From assembly GCA_028345965.1 (NCBI GenBank), contig JAOMEP010000001.1:1872-65871 (forward strand): a stretch of DNA of 64,000 bases, in the 5' to 3' direction. Within the stretch, counting starts at the first letter, position 1. Each line of letters begins with the position of its first letter. The notes under the pieces are model-generated. The model made no database searches. It was not told the origin of the DNA and was given only the letters and a program-made list of their open reading frames with translations. The position numbers and the translations under genes are program-made. Source of the DNA: Candidatus Nitrosopelagicus sp. (GTDB lineage: Archaea; Thermoproteota; Nitrososphaeria; Nitrososphaerales; Nitrosopumilaceae). Below are positions 58,136-64,000 of this stretch, piece by piece.

Positions 58136-59191
58136 ATGAATGAAATCAGATTATATAATCATAAGATAGGAAGAGATTTTCCACCGTTCATTATAGCTGA
58201 AGCAGGAATAAATCATAATGGGAATATAGAAAAAGCATTTGAGATGATTAAAGTTGCTAAAAACTCAGGAGTGGATGCAATAAAATTTCAAACTTTTAAA
58301 GCAAAAGAATTCATTTTGGATGAAACTTTAACATATACATATTTTTCTCAAGGCAAAAAAATTACTGAATCCCAACTTAAACTTTTTGAGAGATGTGAAT
58401 TTAGTCGTGATGAATGGTTTAAAATTAAAGAAAAATGTGATGAAGAAAAAATAATGTTTTTATCAACTCCTGAAAATCATAGTGATTTAGATCTTTTATT
58501 AGAACTTGGAATTCCAGCAATTAAAGTTGGCTCTGATGAGATAATTAATCTCCCAATTCTAAAAGATTTTGCTTCAACAGGTCTACCAATTTTATTGTCC
58601 TCTGGAATGGCAAATCAAAGTGAAATTCATGACGCTCTAAAAGTTATTGGAACATTTGATGGATATCCAACCATATTGTTGGTTACAACTTCTCAATATC
58701 CTACACCAATTGAGGATGTAAATCTACGAAAATTTGAAACTTTACAAAAAATGTTCCCTAATATTCCATTAGGTTTTTCAGATCATACTGAAGGTCCACT
58801 TGCATCATCGCTTGCATGTGCTTTGGGCTCTGTTTGTTTCGAAAAACATTTCACACTTTCTCATGATCTACCTGGACCTGATCATTGGTTTTCTGAGAAT
58901 ATACATGGATTAAAAATATGGGTAGATAATATTAAGAATTCATACAATATGTTAGGAACTGTAAAATTAGAACCAACAAGAAAAGAAGAAGAAATGAAAA
59001 AAATTGCTAGAAGGAGTGTAGTCGCATTAAATAATATAAATGAAAAAGAAATTTTTGATAAAAATAATATTGGATTAAGAAGACCTGGAAATGGATTATC
59101 ACCAGAATTCTATGAAAAAATTCTACAAAAAAGAGCAATTCGAAAAATCAAAAAAGGTCAACAAATCACACTCGAGGATTTTGATCAATGA
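58136..59191 (+). CDS. Nonulosonic acid synthase (NeuB/PseI/LegI family) with C-terminal SAF domain
   Basis: IAEAGINHNG, KFQTF, IKVGS, GFSDHT, EKHFTL, GPDH, ARRSV, RRPGNG. Confidence 0.92.
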   Translation: MNEIRLYNHKIGRDFPPFIIAEAGINHNGNIEKAFEMIKVAKNSGVDAIKFQTFKAKEFILDETLTYTYFSQGKKITESQLKLFERCEFSRDEWFKIKEKCDEEKIMFLSTPENHSDLDLLLELGIPAIKVGSDEIINLPILKDFASTGLPILLSSGMANQSEIHDALKVIGTFDGYPTILLVTTSQYPTPIEDVNLRKFETLQKMFPNIPLGFSDHTEGPLASSLACALGSVCFEKHFTLSHDLPGPDHWFSENIHGLKIWVDNIKNSYNMLGTVKLEPTRKEEEMKKIARRSVVALNNINEKEIFDKNNIGLRRPGNGLSPEFYEKILQKRAIRKIKKGQQITLEDFDQ

Positions 59192-60540
59192 AATTAACAT
59201 ATCATAATTCTGCAGCAGTTGTTATTCAAGATGATCAAACAAAAATTTTAGTCGATCCTTGGTTAAAAAACGGAGAATATTTTGGCTCATGGGGGATATT
59301 CCCTCCTTATGATTTTAAACCACAAGAATTTGACGATATGGATTTTATTTACATCAGCCATATACATCCAGATCATTGTAGTCCTAAAACATTAGAAAAA
59401 TTAAATAAAAAAATACCCGTACTGATTCATGAATTTACCGAAAAATACTTGAAAAAAAATATACAGAGATTAGGATTTGATGTAATTGAATTAAAGAATA
59501 ATGTCAAAACAAAATTAAAAAATGAAACTGAAATTACTATAATTGCTGCTGATAATTGTAACCCTGAGATTTGCGGAAAACTATTTGGATGTGGAACAAT
59601 GAATGTGGAAGAAGGTTTAGGCAATGTAGATACAATGGCAATTTTCAATAATCATAATGAAACGATAGTAAATACAAATGATTGTCCATTTGAAATTTCA
59701 GAAAAGACAGCAAAAATTGTTGCTAAACAATATAAAAAAATTGATTTATTATTGGTTGGTTATGCTGGTGCATCATCTTATCCACAATGCTTTAATTTTT
59801 CAAAAGAAAAGCTTGACACTCAAATAAAAATGAAAAAAAATAAGAGATTAAATGATACACTAAATTATTTAAAAATTTTTCAACCAAAATATTTTTTTCC
59901 TTTTGCAGGCAAATATACGCTAGCAGGAAAAAATTCTATATTAAATCAAAATCGTGGAGAACCCGATTTGGATTATGCATTAGATTATTTAATTAAAAAT
60001 ACTGATCAAAATAAAACTCAATGCATTGCATTAAATTCAAAAGAAAGTTTTGATGTCACTACTGGTATTTCAACAAAAAAATATCAAAAAGAAGATTTAA
60101 AATTTAAAGAACAGTATATAAAAGAAAAATTATCAAAGATTAAATTTGATTTTGAATCTGAACCAGAGCCAAAACTCACTTCATTATTGGAATTATTACC
60201 TGATTCATACAAAAAATATAATGATATTAGAAAAAAGCTTTCATATTCAACAGATACTAAAATCATTTTAAAATTAAATGATGATAAATTTGCAGTAATT
60301 TCATGTGATGGAAATGGATTTGAAACTTGTACATTTGAAGAAATAAAAAACATCAAAAAATTCATTTCTATTGATGTAGATAAAAGATTACTCTATTGGT
60401 TACTCCAAGGACCAAAATTAGCTCAGTGGAATAATGTAGAAATCGGTTCACATTTACAATTCAAAAGAATTCCAGATATTTATGAAAGAGGACTAATTCA
60501 TTGTTTGAATTATTTTTATTCAGGACAATACGTAAAATAG
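59188..60540 (+). CDS. CMP-N-acetylneuraminate hydroxylase (CMAH)-like MBL-fold protein without Rieske domain
   Basis: DPWL...GSW, IYISHIHPDH, VDT...NTNDC, YAGASSYP, QPKYFFPFAG collinear with recalled CMAH motifs. Confidence 0.7.
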   Translation: MKLTYHNSAAVVIQDDQTKILVDPWLKNGEYFGSWGIFPPYDFKPQEFDDMDFIYISHIHPDHCSPKTLEKLNKKIPVLIHEFTEKYLKKNIQRLGFDVIELKNNVKTKLKNETEITIIAADNCNPEICGKLFGCGTMNVEEGLGNVDTMAIFNNHNETIVNTNDCPFEISEKTAKIVAKQYKKIDLLLVGYAGASSYPQCFNFSKEKLDTQIKMKKNKRLNDTLNYLKIFQPKYFFPFAGKYTLAGKNSILNQNRGEPDLDYALDYLIKNTDQNKTQCIALNSKESFDVTTGISTKKYQKEDLKFKEQYIKEKLSKIKFDFESEPEPKLTSLLELLPDSYKKYNDIRKKLSYSTDTKIILKLNDDKFAVISCDGNGFETCTFEEIKNIKKFISIDVDKRLLYWLLQGPKLAQWNNVEIGSHLQFKRIPDIYERGLIHCLNYFYSGQYVK

Positions 60541-60547
60541 AACAAGA

Positions 60548-60970
60548 ATGGAAATTAAATTAAGACAAGTTAGTAAAGAAGATTGGGACTATATTTTAGA
60601 ATTAAGAAATAATTTTTTTAAAGATGATTTTATAGAACAAAAAAAAATTCTTACAAAAAAAGAACACTATGAATATATGAAAAACCAAAAATCTAATACA
60701 AATTTTCATCAATGGATATCTTCTGATGGAAAAAATAATGTTGGCTATATTAGACTTTTAAAAGATGATGTTAGTATTATAGTTGATCAGAAATTTCAAA
60801 ACAAAGGTATTGGGACAAAAATGTTGGAATTAATGGAAAAGGAAGCTAGAAAAATTGGCCTTAAAAAAATAAAAGCATTAGTACGAAAAAATAATTTTAG
60901 TAGTGAAAAAATCTTTTTAAAAAATAATTATAATGTAACAACATTAATGTTTGAAAAAGAAATTGAATAA
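60548..60970 (+). CDS. GNAT N-acyltransferase (PseH-like)
   Basis: ILELRN, EHYEY, FQNKGIGT, NFSSEKIF; follows pseG and the synthase. Confidence 0.8.
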   Translation: MEIKLRQVSKEDWDYILELRNNFFKDDFIEQKKILTKKEHYEYMKNQKSNTNFHQWISSDGKNNVGYIRLLKDDVSIIVDQKFQNKGIGTKMLELMEKEARKIGLKKIKALVRKNNFSSEKIFLKNNYNVTTLMFEKEIE

Positions 60971-60979
60971 AGTTTTTGA

Positions 60980-61381
60980 CTAAATATCCCCTTGTTTTTC
61001 TTTTGTAACAACCGTTGTACCTGATGCTTTAGCAACAAGAAGTGGAGGTTCAATTGTCTTACAATTACTATCAAATTTTCCATTTGGTGTCGCTTTAATT
61101 ATTTTAAATGCTTCAAATAGAATTTTTCTACTTGTATTTCCAATCTTTGTAGTTTTTCCTTTAACAGTTAGAAAGTCACCTGCATATACAGGAGCTAAAA
61201 ATTCAACATAGTCGTAGGCACGTAATAATCCTTCATCTCCGTCTATCTGTATTGTTAGATTTGTAGCTACATCTCCAAATAATTTCATAATATGAGCTCC
61301 ATCAATCAAATTTCCAGCATAATGTGCATCACTTAGGCTTATCCTTGTAGATAATTCATATTTGTATATTTTCTCTTGCAT
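60980..61381 (-). CDS. kal: 3-aminobutyryl-CoA ammonia-lyase (hotdog fold)
   Basis: DAHYAGNLIDGA, LFGDVAT, DGDEGLLRAY..VEFLAPVYAGD, GNTSRK, ASGT match recalled Kal sequences. Confidence 0.85.
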   Translation of the reverse strand: MQEKIYKYELSTRISLSDAHYAGNLIDGAHIMKLFGDVATNLTIQIDGDEGLLRAYDYVEFLAPVYAGDFLTVKGKTTKIGNTSRKILFEAFKIIKATPNGKFDSNCKTIEPPLLVAKASGTTVVTKEKQGDI

Positions 61382-61388
61382 GATGGAT

Positions 61389-61571
61389 TTACAAATTCAC
61401 ATAATCAAAGCTTTTTGATTTAATTTTAAACATAAAAAATAGTAGTTCCATTGAAAGATTCAATTTTTTAGCTCGTTGTTTAATGGCCGACATAACATGA
61501 GTAATTAAAATAGCTAAATATGGAAAGAGTTTAAAGAAAAAAGGAATTTTGAATTTAAAGAAATAAGTCAT
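61389..61571 (-). pseudogene. Possible C-terminal gene remnant or small hypothetical ORF
   Basis: 60-aa frame with no motif; upstream in-frame sequence is cut by a stop. Confidence 0.25.
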
Positions 61572-61627
61572 AAGAAATATTTTTTTAATTGTGGCATGGG
61601 ACTAGCAGTTAAGAAATTTTGAAATAA

Positions 61628-62509
61628 TTAGTAGTTTTTCATAAAAGTATTAGATTTAAATTCTTTTCTAAAAACATCACCAGCTGTATGCACTCTATCT
61701 ATAAACTCTATATTATCATCAATACCCAAAAGAAATTTTTCCACGTCATCTAAATTATTTTGAGTATTTTCATCTAAGTAGATATTCTGGTTCAATAATG
61801 GTGGGATATTACTACGTCTAATATCAAGATATAATGCTCGTCTTCGATTTCCATTATTGTTAGTAGTTCCACTATGCCATAAATTACCATCAAATAAAAT
61901 AATTGTAGATTCTTTAACTTCTATTATTTTCTCATTTGGATGTGAAGAACTAATATCAAAATTTTCTTGTATCCATCCAGGAATTTTGTGTGACTCAGGA
62001 ACAATTCGTAATGCACCGTTATCTTTAGTTGAATCATCCAAATAGATCATTCCAATGATATTTTGAATTTTTTCAGTATCATTTTTCTTTGGTATCCAAT
62101 CTATATGAAATTCTTGCAATCCTTTTCCTTTAAGTGGTTCTCTCATGTCCAGTCCTCCAATTTTTATATCATTTTCCATCAATAATGAGGCAATTTTGAG
62201 AATATTTTCTTCAACTAATAATTTTAAAAATAGTTTATTTTTGTTAAATAAATTTCCTAATCTATGAGCACCTGGTTGGAAAACTTTTTTGTATTTTATG
62301 TATTCCTCTTTGCCTTCCCAACCTCCTCTCCATGATTCTTTAGTTATTAAATCATCAATAATCTTCCTAAATTCATTTAGATGTTTATTTACTGTGTCTG
62401 ATGTTTTAATAACACAATATCCATTCTTGTGATAAAACTCTACAGCATTTTTATCTTCATCTGTAAATTCATAACCTAATTTACCAAAAACATCATTTAA
62501 TGAGTTCAT
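61628..62509 (-). CDS. Phytanoyl-CoA dioxygenase (PhyH) family Fe(II)/2-oxoglutarate dioxygenase
   Basis: FYHKNGY, QEFHID (HxD), YLDD...NGALRIVPESH, LWHSG...N...RR. Confidence 0.88.
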   Translation of the reverse strand: MNSLNDVFGKLGYEFTDEDKNAVEFYHKNGYCVIKTSDTVNKHLNEFRKIIDDLITKESWRGGWEGKEEYIKYKKVFQPGAHRLGNLFNKNKLFLKLLVEENILKIASLLMENDIKIGGLDMREPLKGKGLQEFHIDWIPKKNDTEKIQNIIGMIYLDDSTKDNGALRIVPESHKIPGWIQENFDISSSHPNEKIIEVKESTIILFDGNLWHSGTTNNNGNRRRALYLDIRRSNIPPLLNQNIYLDENTQNNLDDVEKFLLGIDDNIEFIDRVHTAGDVFRKEFKSNTFMKNY

Positions 62510-62672
62510 ACAAATAAAATCAGAGTTAATAATATTAAATTAGCTATAAATTCTATTTTATTTAATAGAATTTTATCTTAACACATAAGTATTAACAGAT
62601 ATTTTTTATAAATAGGAAAAATTATTAGAATTATTTATAATAGAATACCGTTTTTCCTTAAAATAGTCAAAT

Positions 62673-63608
62673 ATGTTTAAAGAAAGAAAAACAAAAATCT
62701 CTGTAAAGAAAATAGCTGAATTTTTAAAAAGTGACTATGATGGTGATGATTTTGAAATAACATCTATTAGTTCTATGAATAATGTTAAAAATAATTCATT
62801 ATTATTCTATTCAGAATTAACTAATTTTAAATTTAAAATTAAAGATAATGTCGAATATGATTTAAAAAAATTAGATAAATATGAAAATATTGCTATTATT
62901 AGTACATACGATATAAACAAAAAAACCAACATACCTATAATTTTTTCAGAAAACCCAAGATTAGATTTCCAACGTGTAGTGAAAGAATTTTTCACTGATG
63001 ATGAATTTAAACCAGGAATACATGCTTCAGCTATTATAGAATCGAATGTAAAAATTGGGGATAATGTGTATGTTGGTCCAAATTGTTACATTGCAAAAGA
63101 TGTAGTTATAGGCAATAACACAAAAATTTTAGCAAACACAGTAATTTTTGGAGTTACGGAAATTGGGAGAAACTGCGTAATATCTTCAAATTGTACAATT
63201 GGTAGTGAAGGATTTGGTTTTAGTTACAATGAAACTGAATTTATTCATTTTAATCATATAGGAAAAATTTCAATAGGCGATAATGTTTGGATTGGCTCAA
63301 ATTGTACAGTAGAAAAATCACAGTTGGATCAAACTAGTATTGAAGATCATGTTAAAATTGATGATCTTGTTCAAATCGGTCATAATTCAATAATAAGAAA
63401 ATTTTCACAAATAACTGCAGGCGTAATTGTTTGTGGACGAGCAACTGTAGGTGAAGGTTGCTGGATAGCACCAAATGCAGTTATAGATGGTGGTTGCGAA
63501 ATTGGCAATAATTGTTTTGTAGGAACATTAAGTCTAGTACGAAAAAATTTTCCAAAAAATTCGGTAATTGTTGGCTCTCCTGCAAAATTATTACGAAAGA
63601 ATGTGTGA
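62673..63608 (+). CDS. LpxD-like left-handed beta-helix acyltransferase
   Basis: NPRLDF, IHASA, hexapeptide repeats, IGSEGFG, KIDDLVQIGHN, GSPAK. Confidence 0.88.
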   Translation: MFKERKTKISVKKIAEFLKSDYDGDDFEITSISSMNNVKNNSLLFYSELTNFKFKIKDNVEYDLKKLDKYENIAIISTYDINKKTNIPIIFSENPRLDFQRVVKEFFTDDEFKPGIHASAIIESNVKIGDNVYVGPNCYIAKDVVIGNNTKILANTVIFGVTEIGRNCVISSNCTIGSEGFGFSYNETEFIHFNHIGKISIGDNVWIGSNCTVEKSQLDQTSIEDHVKIDDLVQIGHNSIIRKFSQITAGVIVCGRATVGEGCWIAPNAVIDGGCEIGNNCFVGTLSLVRKNFPKNSVIVGSPAKLLRKNV

Positions 63609-63612
63609 TTAA

Positions 63613-64000
63613 ATGAATTCTGTAAAAAAAATTTTTGATGAAATAATTCAAACTGATCATAAAATAATTACAGAAGAAATATCCAAATTAATTTTAAAGA
63701 AATATTCTATCAAAGTTCCTAAATTTGCTCTAGTGAAATCTGCAGATGAAGCTGTAAAACAAGCAAGTAAACTCGGATTTCCTTTAGTAATGAAAGTAGT
63801 ATCTCCACAAATTCTCCATAAAACAGATGTTGGAGGAGTAAAAGTTGGCATCAATAGTGTAGCAGATGTCAAAAAGACATTCAATGATATGCATAAAAGA
63901 TTATCAAAGAAAAAAGATATCGAAGTAAAAGGAATTCTTTTGGAAAAAATGATTCCAAAAGAAGGAGTTGAATTAATTATTGGGATACAGAATGATCCAC
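63613..64000 (+). CDS. ADP-forming acyl-CoA synthetase, 3-hydroxypropionyl-CoA synthetase-like (5' part; runs off window)
   Basis: Not in the ORF track. [22 protein letters not shown]...[25 protein letters not shown]...GILLEKM...[12 protein letters not shown]; N-terminal ATP-grasp domain as in the thaumarchaeal 3HP-CoA ligase. Confidence 0.85.
   Translation, partial: MNSVKKIFDEIIQTDHKIITEEISKLILKKYSIKVPKFALVKSADEAVKQASKLGFPLVMKVVSPQILHKTDVGGVKVGINSVADVKKTFNDMHKRLSKKKDIEVKGILLEKMIPKEGVELIIGIQNDP

Noticed and set aside
62673-63608. Lipid A biosynthesis (true LpxD)
   Set aside because: The host is archaeal and no lpxA/C/B/K genes are in the window; more plausibly a sugar N/O-acyltransferase.
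63657-63884. 75-aa minus-strand ORF
   Set aside because: Antisense to the partial acyl-CoA synthetase starting at 63613.

Overview
AT-rich archaeal chromosome segment, most likely from a marine ammonia-oxidising archaeon (Nitrososphaerota/Thaumarchaeota, Nitrosopumilaceae-like). The basis is the rpoN-eno-rps2-mvk-ipk-idi-GGPPS cluster, the split heme-copper oxidase operon with a di-cupredoxin, F420 enzymes, TYW1, Bud32 and a 3-hydroxypropionyl-CoA synthetase homolog. Positions 1 to about 39.5 kb are core genome: CobT, the mevalonate/lipid cluster, a Zn/Mn-type ABC uptake operon with a divergent NikR-like regulator, GluRS, complex IV and five tRNAs (Leu-GAG, His-GTG, Val-TAC, Lys-CTT, Arg-TCG). 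From about 39.6 kb to the window end lies a surface-glycosylation island with two apparent nonulosonic (sialic-acid-like) pathways and many tailoring enzymes. These include two paralogous B12-dependent radical SAM enzymes, a SPASM radical SAM, a Rieske-less CMP-Neu5Ac hydroxylase (CMAH)-like enzyme, a PhyH dioxygenase, a PIG-L deacetylase, a 3-aminobutyryl-CoA ammonia-lyase (Kal), an LbH acyltransferase and an apparently co-opted 3-hydroxypropionyl-CoA synthetase homolog. The best candidate new system is a glycan re-acylation and hydroxylation module drawing acyl-CoAs from the 3HP/4HB carbon-fixation cycle. Other notable signals are a structured leader with a coupled uORF upstream of znuA, an unexplained ~100-nt structured intergenic RNA candidate, small ORFs missed by the ORF track and chimeric pseudogene scars. 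All family assignments come from motif recognition by eye; no database searches were run.
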